DNA from: Octopus sinensis
Taxonomy: Eukaryota
DNA: 64,000 nucleotides
NCBI RefSeq assembly: GCF_006345805.1
Contig: NC_042997.1
Span: forward strand, 137,578,001-137,642,000
Direction: 5' to 3'
The translations under genes were made by a program, and so were the position numbers. Positions 51,582-64,000 of the stretch are shown piece after piece. Each line of letters begins with the position of its first letter. The first letter of the stretch is position 1. The notes beneath the pieces are model-generated. The model was not told where the DNA came from. It worked only from the letters and a program-made list of their open reading frames with translations, and ran no database searches.

Positions 51582-53929
51582 TATTTATTAAAGGTCACCT
51601 TTAAATAAATAATATTTATCTTTCACTAGATTGAGTAATTTTTTGTTGAATTTTCTATCATGGATCAGTATATTATATGTGTGTGTGTGTGAGTGTGTGT
51701 GTATATATACATATATATATATGTGGAAACTAGACATATGTGAACCTTGCAAGGTACATATTATTTTGTCTTTAGACACCTGTTCACTGAAAATGCTCTA
51801 CAAATAGTTAGAAATTAAAGCTATGCTCAATGTCTATGTGACGTAAATAAGCATAATGACTCACCCTAGACACAACAAAATCTGTTATATGTACTTTAAA
51901 AAATAAAAGCCCAAAACATGGTAACCTTCCACGATGTTATGGAGATTTCTGCAGCAACTTGCTTCTTCAGTCAATGAACAAGTTTTGCTATAATAGTAGT
52001 TGCTCATGAAAAATTGAATATAAGATGACCAGAACAGATAAAGAAAAAATTCTGTATTACCAAGGTAGTGAAAATAAATACCTCTGGTGTGTTCCACCAG
52101 GGAAGATATTAAATTATTGTTGTCATCATCATTTTGCACCCATTCTTTGAACTGGCATGAGAAGAATAGGTTTTCACAATTTTAGCTATTATTTAAAATT
52201 ATTTCCCTCTGAGATGTATTGGGGTACCATATCTCATATGTATTTTTTTTCTTTTTGGCACATCTTCTGTGCCTGAATGCCTTTCCTAACACCAGCTACT
52301 TTACCAAATGCACTGGGTACATTTTATTGTGCACCAGCATGCGATAGGTTGTTATGTCCTCAGCAAAGTAAAGCTAAAGGGTGCTCTCAATCTGATATTG
52401 TCTGTAAGAAGACAATGTTAGGGTAACATGAGTAATAGAGAAAGAGGAAGAGAGGGTGATAGCAAAAGATGAACTGGAGTAATAGGGAGAAAGAAGCAAA
52501 AGCATGAAGAAAGAAACAGTAATTAGAGTAACAATGTGGAATATAAGAAAAAAGTGATACAGAGGGAGAGAGAGAGAGAGAGAATAACAAAGAGAGGAGA
52601 GTAAAGCAGGGTGCAATGAGAGAAACATAATAGAAGAGAGTAATTGGAGAGAGACATAGCAGCTACATCTTTACTGGTAAGAGCAAGAAATGGATAGCTA
52701 TTGAAATGGTTGGTGCTAAAAGTGTGTGATAGAGGTCTGCTATTACTTCAAGTCTACCCAAACTTTATAATTGAAATTGAGTAAATGGAAACTGCCCACA
52801 AATCTATTTTTAATTTAATGGTACAGATTTGTCATTTACTGTTCTTGCTAATTCTACCTAAAAATTATGTTAAGGGTGCATATGCCTTTAAAATGCTCAG
52901 CTACTCGCTTGTGAATTCAAGGAGCAGGCAATTTGGTTGATTGAGCAACTGAATACTCATCATCACAGACAACAAAGATTTATTACTTATATATACACAC
53001 ATGTGTGTGTCATCTGCGTATATGATAATCATCACCATCATCATTACCATTTCATGTCCATGTTCCATGGATTGGATGGTTTGATAAGGATCAAATGAGT
53101 CAAGGATTGTATTGTGTTCCAGTGTCTGGTTTGGCATGGTTTCTGTAGCTAGACACTCATCCCAATACCAACTGCTTTGTAGTGTGTACTGAGAGCTTTC
53201 TTTGTGCCTTTGGCTCTACTGACGTCAGCATGTAGCTAGCCAAGAAGCTCAAGGAAGGAGGATGTTGCCTCTGTTAGTTAGATAGTATGAAGGGAGAAGT
53301 TGGGAGAGAGCAAGTTCTTGTTGAGGAGCTACATGACTACTCACATTTTGGAAAGAGAGTGATCATGAATTAAGGTATCTTCAAGGAGAAAGGTAGTGAT
53401 GGTCCATGTGGCATCTCAAGTCACAGGAGCAGGGGTGGTTGCAAGAGTGTGTGGGGGAATTGGAAGAGTGGGGTAGGCAACATCTGTTAGGACTGAGGGG
53501 AAAGATGCTGGAATTGGGGAGGTTATAGGGATACTAATAGTATAGTGGTAATAACACTGTTGATAGTGGGATGAAGAGAAATGATATGCTTGGGTAGGCT
53601 TCAGGAGTGGAATAGAGAGATAAATGCATGACGTCTGGGGAGGGGGACAGCCACTGTAACATGTGGGTGTGGAGAACAATACTAATGGGTAAAGAATGGC
53701 TAGCAAATGAGATGGTTGTGGGTAGCAAGAGAGAAAAGTAGTATTGAAATGGGGTGGGTGGGAAGAGCTGTAGTGGATGATATGGTTTAGAGCAACATGA
53801 GGGGTATTAATTGATTGGGGTGCTCACATATGTGTGTGTGTGTATGTATGTCTGTGTGTGTGACTGTCTATCTGTCTCTCGTCCTCTCAACCTTTCTCTC
53901 TCTCTGTATATATATGTATGTATATTTTA

Positions 53930-54275
53930 CTTTTTTCAGTCATTAGACTGTGGCCATGCTGGGGCACCACCTTGAAGAATTTTAGTTCGCTGAATCGGTC
54001 CCAGTGCTTTTTTTTTAAGCCTGGTACTTATTTTCTCAGTTTCTTTTGCCAAACTACTAATGTTACAGGGATGTAAACACACCAAAATTGGTGGTGAAAA
54101 ACAAACATAGACACACACACACTTGTGTGTGTATATTTCCATCTACCAAATTCACTTGCAACGATTTGGTCAGCCCAAAGCTATAGTAGAAGACTCTTGA
54201 CCAAAGTGCCATGCTATGGGACTGAACCCAGAAATATGTAGTGGGAGGCAAACTCTTACCACACAGCCATGCCTA
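53930..54275 (-). mobile_element. SINE family B
   Basis: Reverse similarity to 38232-38662. Confidence 0.8.
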
Positions 54276-54559
54276 TGCTTATACATATGTATATATACAT
54301 ATACATATCACCATCATTGGAAAATAGATGTTAAATGATAACGATGATATATATATAAAATTATTTATATATATATGTATATGTGTATATATATATAATT
54401 ATTTATAGATATCTCTCACATTACAGACAGCTCAGGTTATGGGATTTCATACTTACAGGATTTGTATGTTATGATCACTAATTTTGCAATGTGTTGTGTA
54501 ATTTCATCCTTAGGGAAATCTGGAGATGCTCTAAGAATTTAAAAACTACTTTTTCTTGT

Positions 54560-55110
54560 GAGTCTCTGACTGTTTGATAATTCTTTAAGCTTCCATATCT
54601 TTCTTCTTCAAATTATCTTACAGACATTTAGGTCATTTGCTTTGCAGAACTCTGGAAGCCTTGATCTATCCTCATTTCTTGTACCCTATCCATAGCTTCC
54701 ATGAACACCTTGGACATCATCTTTGCATTCTTCGTCATATCTATTGCAATTGCAAGCTGTAATTAAGATGCCACTGTCATTTGTCTTAGAGATTATCTGT
54801 AGAAAGGCCTCATATAAATGGTCCTTCTGTTCATCTTCAAGCTCTGACTGTTACCACTGAATTGTCAATAATTGACCTGAACTTCATTATCTTTAGTCTT
54901 ACTCTAACTACATAGATTACCTTTTCCATTTCATAGCTTATGGCATACCTGATCCACCACTTCATCACTTGTTTCAAACTCAGAAGAGTTTGTGCTCTTG
55001 TTCTTTGCCTGTGGGGATGGCCGAGGCCCCTTTCCAACTTACTTCCTGCACACAGCATAACATTAGTCCACTCCACTAAAGCATATCAACAACCTCTCCA
55101 GCACCTGCTT
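54560..55110 (-). mobile_element. RTE-clade LINE endonuclease fragment
   Basis: Minus-strand translation across frameshifts gives LCCVQEV.WKG…GKEQEHKLF…EKVIYVVRVRLKIMKFRSIIDNSVVTV, typical of the RTE/BovB APE domain. Confidence 0.6.
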
Positions 55111-56455
55111 TCATTGTGCCAATGCTAGTTGTAGCAGCTCTAAAAATTTAAACCTGAGAAGGAATTAATGATGCTTTAGTTGAGTGGCGTCTGACTTCTG
55201 CATCTGAAAAGAATAGGAAATTTGGGGCAACTGTCTATCAATGAATGAGACATGCATGGATAGATGGTTAGTTTTCTATTATTATTGCCATCTACCTCAA
55301 TTATCACACTTGCAGTAGTCATCGTAGATATTAAAAGAAGTCATAAAAATAACAACTAGAGTTATATTTTTAGACACTTAGTATGACAATTTTTATTAAG
55401 ATAAAGAAACAGGAAAGCTACCAAGTGGAAAGTGGCATCAAAAAGGTTTCTAGAAATTAGGCATTGGTGGGTGCATGGGGCACAATGGTTGCCTCTCCCC
55501 ACTGCCAAAGATTTCCATTTAGCAATCAAATAAAATATATACCATAAGCAGAAGCTAGCTGTTGAGAAACAGGTTATCTCTAGCTCACAAAGTACAAGGC
55601 TTGTTGGCATAGCTGCATTATTTTACTAAGTACTATTATTGTTGTTGTTATCCCCTACTCTATTAACCTGGATTTAGCGTATTCTTAGTCAGAAGTATTC
55701 AAACCATGACCATTCCTTTTTAGTGTACTTAGATCTACATTGTGTATCCCTCTTTTTTTAAGACAGTATGGTAGATATAACAGGAGGGAGATTTGTTGCT
55801 ATTTCTAGCAGATCAAGTAACTGTGTAGAGTTTCTATCATCGGCTCAAGTCATTTCCCATTAAATGTTACAACTAAGGCTGCCATGACAATATAAAAGAC
55901 ATGGCTGCTATGTGAAGTACATCACCTTTATTCTTGCATATGTTCTTGCCACGCCTATTGTCAAGACCAACTCTCTTTGTAGCAGTTTCTTTTATTCAGT
56001 CATCAGATCTGGAGCAATCTTCAAAAAACTGCAATTGTCATTGTTATCGTTATTTATCCTCAGGTCAGCTCTGATCCAACAGATCTATAATGAAGAGACA
56101 CTGTCTATGATCATCTCATCTTTTCTGCATGCATAACATTATCTAAGCTACATTATCCAATGTGTCTTTTACTTATCTATTTAAGATGAATTGATATAAT
56201 GTCAAAGAGATTTGATTGCTATTTCTAGCAAGTTGAATCACCATGTAGAGGGTCTAGTTGGCTCATTCAGAAGCTGCATTTTTAGTTATAGAATCCAGGC
56301 TTCCAATAGTCAATTACATATATGTCTGCTGTCACTGGCTCTGCATGAGGTGTACTGAATAAGATATTAGCACACTGGATTCTCATACTACTTAACTTGA
56401 TAGGAAAAACTATTTACCATGTTCACAAAACACGCACAATATATATATATACATT

Positions 56456-56518
<63 letters not shown>

Positions 56519-56564
56519 GCACACACGCACACACATATATACATACACCCCCCCATATATATAT

Positions 56565-56750
56565 CATCATCATCATCATCGTTTAGCGTCCGTTTTCCAT
56601 GCTAGCATGGGTTGGACGGTTCTACTGGGGTCTGTGAAGCCAGAAGGCTTCATCAGGCCCAGTCAAATCTGGCAGTGTTTCTATGGCTGGATGCCCTTCC
56701 TAACGCCAACCACTCCGTGAGTGTAGTGGGTGCTTTTTACGTACCACCCG
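56565..56750 (-). mobile_element. SINE family C (young)
   Basis: Nearly the reverse complement of 8640-8815. Confidence 0.85.
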
Positions 56751-56754
56751 CATA

Positions 56755-56800
<46 letters not shown>

Positions 56801-58658
56801 GTATATTGTATTTCAGAATGGTTATTTTTTTTCCAAATAAACACATGCGCTATATATTTGTTCTTCACTTGTTTATTACTGTTCTCATTTTAATTCATGT
56901 CCAGTGTCCAGAAATCTTTTGTCACACATCTGTGACCTCTTCAGTGACACCTTCCATCTTTGTATGTGCTCCTGCTCCACTTAGTCCATTCTAATGGACT
57001 AAGCAGTCCCTTCAGAAACAACTGTCACTAGACTTTTAGTTGAATTCCTAAGTGTGACCAAGTGAGACTACATAGGTTGTTCAGGCTTAATTTGACAGTT
57101 TGCATAAAAGGAAAAGAAAACACAGCATTCCCTCCAGAAATAAAAGTATTTTAAAAAGTAGAAAAATATCAACTAGATTATGGCTGGGAGATAACAGTTT
57201 GCTCAAAGTAGCTGTCCTTAGCTTCCATCAACAGCCACAAGATGGCTCTGGAACCTGGCACATGCATGTGTGTCAGTATTTTGACACCCGGCGTAAGTTA
57301 TTATGATACAGGTAACTCTCTTCCAATGTTCAAATGGCTTCCAATTCTCCATGTCAGCTAACTTTTTCTCAACTACAACTAATCTTTATGCTCTCCAACA
57401 CTGTTGACTGTTCACCAATACATCAAGCTGTTCCTCAAATAAGTAGACATAAAAAATTGTCGAATTTAGCCTGAACACCCTCTAGATATTATCCATCCAT
57501 CTCATTCTTGGTCTACTCCTAGTTCTCCTGCTGGTTGGCTTGGCTTGAAGAATTCATCTTGTTCTTTTCTGCAGCATTCTATATCCCCAACTTCAGAAAA
57601 AAATTGTTCCCTTTCAATACTTCTTGATACTTGTTAGTAAGATAGATGTGGATACAACTGAATTAAAATAATCTCCAATTGGGTACAGTAATTTGATGTC
57701 TGTGTACAATGAATGCAGTTTATTAACCCACTGGTCTTCATTAATTATGAAAATGTATGTTTATAAAAAAATAGGATGTGCATGTAATACATATGAAACC
57801 CATTATTTGCTTAGTGTAATAATAATTTATTTATTTATTTGATTATTTATTCCTTCAGTTTCTTTTAATGTGATTTACTTTAGTAGCTTAATTTTGAGAC
57901 AGTTAATCATTTATAAATATTCTGTTCTGCTCTTACTTGTATCATATGACCTGTTATCTAGAAGAATGTCTAATGAAATGTTTCAGCTTTATATATTCTT
58001 TACAATAAACATTTATTTCCCCAGGATAATTCAAAAGACACCAAAAACAAACAATCTAACAACAACAAAAACATAATGTGCAATAACTAATTAGTGTCAG
58101 AAAATGTGTAGCATTTCATTAATCTCAGAAAGTATACAACACCTAATTAGTCTGGAACATCACTCAAGTACTCTCCAGACCTGTGGTTTGACATTTTAAT
58201 TTACCTGAATATTCTTTTGATTATCTCATGTGTGAGAAATCATATGACATCATTGCTCTACATTCCTCTGAAAGCACAGAATGAAAAGCCTATATTTTGG
58301 CTGCAAGTATCAGTGAATATATTATATTCTCTTAGTTGTTATCTCTACCTTCATCCATATAATATTCTCTCCTTCCTTAAAAGTGTATCTGTAATTATTG
58401 TTTAGCCCTGGATCAGTCCTGACTGAGCACAATTACAATCAGGGCCAACATTCCTGCTATGACAATCTTTTCATTTTGTGTGCCAAAATTGCATAGTCCT
58501 TTCAGTTTTGAGACCTTAAGATGTCATTTAAGGGTTACTCAGCTGTTGTTCTGGCTTGCTATGTGATATCATGGCAAAACCCTTGGTTGTAGCCATGCAT
58601 ATATGTTTGGATGTACATATATACTGATATCTGTGTGTATGTGTGTGTGTGTGTGTGT

Positions 58659-58696
<38 letters not shown>

Positions 58697-59701
58697 TATG
58701 TGTGAGAGAGAGAGAGAAGAGAGAGAGAGAGGTCTACATAAATGTTAAAATAAAAAAAAAAATTCAAGCTTAACACAAGATTTGATAAATACAGTATTAT
58801 GCTTTAATAGGAAGAGAAAGTCTTAACGTTTTGGAGGATAGTCCTTCATCAGAAGAAAGAAAAAAGCTTAAGGGGAATGAGAAAGAATAGTCAGTGAGAG
58901 AAGAAAACAAATGGATGACGGGGTTAGAAACCAGGTTGGGATTTGGTTCTATAGGGCAGAATTATGAAAGGAAGAAGGACAGGTCTATATGTGCAAGTAT
59001 AGGAGTGTATCCATGTCCAGAAGTAAGTATATGACTGAGGAGAGTGATATATATAGTTTTCTTGGTGTGTGTATGTGTGTGTAGAAGTGTGAAAGCACAG
59101 AAGTGTTGTGGTATAAGTTAGTAGTATGAGATGTTGGTATGTGTGTGTGTGTGGTGTGTGTGTGTGTGTAGTTGTTAAATGTATATGAGGTAAATGTGAA
59201 TGTGAGGAGGTGAGAATGGATGCAAATGTGAGGCAGACAGGAAGGTAAGAACATGGAGAGTTTGATTGATGTATTTGCAAGGGTATGAGTGTAAGATGCT
59301 TTTACATAGAAGAAATGTTTCAAATTAGAATAAGAGAGAGAAAAAATTGGAGGTCTGTGAGAGAAGAGAGGTCAAAGAATAATATAAGAAAAATCATTTA
59401 AGAATTATAGGACACTGGCAAAACATGTGGAGTAGCTTAATGGAGTGTCCAAAGAATGGTGAGGAATTAGTGTGAAAAAGAAAAAGAATTTATTACTATC
59501 CTTTTGGACACTTTGTCAAGTTCTTCAATTTTTTAAACTTTATTGTTTATCTCATAGAACTCATTTGGAGTATAGAGAAATATGAAATAAGCAGATGAAT
59601 GAGCACACACAGACATTCTGTCTGTCTGTCTGTCTCTCCTTCCCTCCCTCCTTCTCTCTTACACACTATCTCTCCTTCCCTCCTTCCTTCTCTCTCTCAC
59701 A

Positions 59702-59732
<31 letters not shown>

Positions 59733-62700
59733 CTCTCTCTCTCACATTCACACTCTCTCTCTGAAAGTTTGTGAAACACTCATGTCCTTGGAAGTTGGCA
59801 CAGATGGCAAATAGTCTTCCTTAAGTTCCAATCACTCTGTTGCTGTTGCTGCTGCTGAAAACATTATGTTTGTGAAATTTCTTTATTTTTGTTTTGGAAC
59901 AGTGTATCTTGAAACATGATTAAGCTATAAATAATGCCATGTAAAATATTTGGTTAAAAATTCCTTTGAATAAAAAAAGTTGAAGACTGCCTGTCAAACT
60001 TGAATTTGCATCTCCTGTGAACATGGACCAAAGTAGTCTTTTGGATTTCTTTATACATTTTGGAAACTTTATTCTTATCAGTGAGACTTGTATGTAGTTG
60101 ATGTTATAAGAATTTATAAACGTCAAAAGAGCATGAAAGAATTCTTTTCTTTCTTGTTTTTGAAAGAGTAAATCTCAGGATGAATGATAAAGCTATAAAT
60201 AATAGTGTGTAAATATACTGGATTAAAATCCCCTTGGAAAGAAAAGGTCAAAGACTACTAATGGGATTTGAACCCACGTCTATAAACATAACAAGTTTGA
60301 TGAAAATTTCACTATTAAAGGAGCGGGTGGATTAGGTCGTACAGTCATCTAAGGATCCATAATTGACAAAAATAATGGTCATCATTGAATTCAGTGGGCA
60401 GCCATAAACAGTGTATGCATTATTCTAGTCATATCTTGCTTTATATTTTCACTTTTCCTACCTCACTCGATCTTTCCCTTAACACCACCCTTCTTTATCA
60501 ACTGACCTAGATCCTGTTACAAATTGTACCACCCTTCTCTCACACTTTACTCTCTCTTTCATCTATCAGCTTGTGATTTACTCACCATCACTCATTTGTT
60601 TTCTTCCTCTTTCATTCCCCACACCAAAAATTCTCTATCACTCACTAACTTGATTCCTTTTCTCATTAGCAATTTCAAGCCTAAACCATGATACTCTCTT
60701 ATTGTTTCTCTCACTGAGGTAGAAGGACAAGTGTCTGAAACTTTAGTCTTCTTTCTTGCAACATAAAGTTTATTCCATTGTTTCATTATTTGTATTAATT
60801 TTTACTGACTCAGAACATTAGTGGTTTCTTTAGATTCTACTGTTTTATTATGTTGTGCAGTTTGGCATGTACTTTTATTGAGTTATTCATCTATTGAAAG
60901 TGTTTAGCATCTTACTTATAACACCAGCAGTACTATTTCAGATAATCTGGGATAAGTTTTAGCTACTAGTAGCTCAAACAAAGGCTAACTCAATAACATC
61001 ATTTGGAATGAATTCCTGCTTCAGGTTTTAAGTTACAGAGTAGTCTTGGACAAGTCACAAGAATAAGTTACTGGCTAAAATTACCTATCAAACATCAAAA
61101 TATCATACTATTATTTTGGTAGATTTAAGGTTGCTTGCAGAGATTGAAGTTATTTTGTGTAAAATCCACAAGAGTAGGGCTTGGATCACAAATATAAATA
61201 TTAAATTACACAGAACACAAGTCTGTCATAGTTATAAAGTTAAAGTCTGTAATAGTTTCAAAGTCATTGGTATCATCATCATCATCATCATCATGATTTA
61301 ATGTCACTTTTTCCTTGCTGGCATGGGTTGGACAGGATGCTATGAACTGATGAACTAGAAGGCTGCACCAAGTGCTAATCTCTTCTTTGGCATGGTTCCT
61401 ACTGCTGCATGCTCTTCATAACACCAAACCCTTCACAAAATGTATTTGGTATCTTTGTAACATATTTTTAATATATTTCAAATTGTATATTAATGAATTT
61501 GTTCTTACATTAACTTCTGATGTGGTCACTGATGATAGGAAAAATTTCTTGTGATTTATGTAAATATTCACTTTTTTTTTCACTTTTTGCTAATTCAGAT
61601 ATATAATTGCTTTTATTTTGTTACCTTTTTTTGTCTTTGGGAGTTTTTATTATTGCTGTTTACATTCAGATCAATTCTTATCCAGTAGACCTATAAACAA
61701 AAGTGTTCCTATCATGACCATCTTATCTTATTTCACTTTATCTAGTGTATTTTTTTAAACCATAGGGTAAGATTTGAGGTAATTTGGCTGCTGTTTCTAG
61801 CAGATTCAATGATTGTATATTCTTTTGATTGACTGAAATAGTAGCATGCTTGACTCAATAAATTACTATACCAACCTGATTGTTTTCTATCTTGTATATG
61901 AAATAGATGAAGTTGAATTTGTCTTTCATATTTCGTAAAGTAATTACATAACTCACCTTTACTCACTCTCTTCTATTTTCAGTATTTAGAAAGGAATTGT
62001 TAATCCATTTCTTAACTATTTCATTCTAATATATCCAAAGAAAGTCCTTTACTTATAATAAACCCCTCTTCACAATCTACCTTCTATCTTTGGTCTACAC
62101 CAAACTGTGTTCTTATATTATTCTGCTTTGTGTCAAAACTGTTTACGCCTTTGACCTTGCTTTCTATCTGCTCTTGACTAGAAAATAGCCATCCCACCTA
62201 TTGATTTACATTTTCCACTCCCACACATTCTAAACTACATTCAAACAAAAGCCATATGTTTGGCTAGCAAGCTTCCACTAACTAATGCTTTTCTATCTCT
62301 GGTCCATTGTCAAGCCATATTCTCTATTTGTCTCTTTTATATAACTACTGTAAGAGCTCATACTTCTCTGGACTTACTGAATTTATCATATAGCCTTCAC
62401 CTTAATCTTCTTAATGCATCTGTTGTTGTTCTGTTGTGTTTCATCCATTATTCCTTTGCTTATCATTTTGTTTTCCATCTATGTTTCTCATAACCATTAT
62501 CTTACAGAACTACCTGTTTCTCTCTGGTCCCTTATGTACAGCACTTCAAAGACAGACTATTTATTTCACTTATGAATTTCTCTCAGGATTCTTAGAAAGT
62601 TGTAAACATCAGTCCTTATAGAAACATTGAAAAAACATTCAATCATATCTTATTTATTCTACCTGTCTCTTTACTTCAAAAAGGTCTGCCTTCCCTGTAA

Positions 62701-64000
62701 GAATAAGAAATTAGAAATAATTTCATTCTCATTACACTTGATGTCTATAGTTTGGTGTTATTTCAGAACATAAGTCACTCCATGCTGGTATGGGTTGGAC
62801 AGCATGACATGAACTAATGAATCAGAAAGCTGTGCCAAGCTCTGATCTCTTCTTTGGCATGGTTCCTACAGCTGCAAGCCCTTCCTAGTACCAACCCCTT
62901 TACAAAATGTATTGGATACTTTTTAATATATCTTTAATAATACTTCAAATTGTATATTAATGGATACGGTCTTACATTAACTTACATTAACATAGCCACT
63001 GGTGATAGGAAAAATGAAGGATATTTCATTGCGATAGAATGAAAATTAATTTCCTGACTGCTTGTCTGTTGACATGCTTAAATCAAGTATTTAGATAAAT
63101 ATTTGATATTCTTAAAATACAATCTATGAATATCTAATGTAGAATAAATTATCAAATAAGTGTAAATGTCCTCCTTTTTTATGAGTTTTCTTTTTGCACA
63201 TCTACTTACATATGTTTCACAAAATCTTGATAAAGAATTCCGTTTATCGCTATAAAATTCACTGGTGAGATTTCTTTAATTCTGATATATCTTGAGATGA
63301 ATATATTCAGATTATCAAAAGAATAACAAATATCATTAAATCTTACCACATCTCAAGTGTTCTGAAGAGAGCCAATTATATTCCATTCCAATAAAGCTTG
63401 CACACGCATTCACACACATGCACGTGTGTGCACACATGCACATGCACACACACACACGTGTTTGACAGAGAGAGTGGGAATGAGAAGGGAGAAGAAGAGA
63501 AAGAGTTGGAAGTATTTATTCTGAAAAAAAAAAGTATTTTTTTAAGATCTATAAATGAATATTCAATTATCAAAACAAAGAGAGAATATAGTAAATTAAT
63601 AATCAAAATGCTTTCTATTTTAGGATAGAGTATTTCCCAGTAATTAAATAAAGCTAATTAGTGGGGAAAATTATCATAGAAATAATACAAGTTAATTTTA
63701 AGTCCATGTGAAAGATTCTTGAGTAGGTAGTATTGAAATTGAAATTCCTTGTGATAATGCTCCTTTAATAGAGTTATTTTGCATTATTCGAAGTGCTGCA
63801 ACTGTTGAGAGAAAATTTAGTTATTAGTATATTCGTTCTTATGAATAAAATATTTGAAAGATTTATGTTCTTATAAAATAGATCAGAAAAAAAAATGTGA
63901 AATACTTTGGTTAATTATTTGAAAATTCCCCATGTGGAAGTATAATGATTCTACTTTTGGTAATTCAAACAATATGAGAAAAATTGGTAATGAACGAAAA

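Noticed and set aside
55990-56030. Minus-strand CTGATGA…GAAAC
   Set aside because: No pairing for stem I or stem II.
60255-60300. gggatttgaacccacgtc, a reverse tRNA B-box-like motif
   Set aside because: No cloverleaf; at most a SINE-head remnant. No tRNA gene is supported anywhere in the window.

Overview
AT-rich, repeat-saturated eukaryotic DNA. The SINE families and microsatellite style look like octopus/cephalopod genome; this is pattern recognition, not a database result. I could not support any host protein-coding exon. Almost all listed ORFs are microsatellite artefacts or decayed transposon fragments. Recognisable content: a Gypsy integrase relic, CR1/Jockey-type and RTE LINE fragments, two Helitron relics, a full-length decayed Tc1/mariner with TA TSDs, a Buster-type hAT with an 8-bp TSD, several MITEs, and many SINEs from at least four families. 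The most notable signal is a set of short, mutually unrelated elements inserted in (TA)n tracts. They share a Penelope-like architecture in which an inverted copy of the element's own downstream sequence sits at its 5' end. Three of them carry sequence-complete or near-complete type I hammerhead ribozyme folds: 17934-18024 (mirrored at 17053-17143 in a ~427-bp inverted repeat), 39915-39975, and 40318-40360 (in a 364-nt tandem, retrozyme-like unit). Three more decayed hammerhead-like cores lie further right. There is also an almost identical 1.12-kb tandem duplication at 40881-43073.
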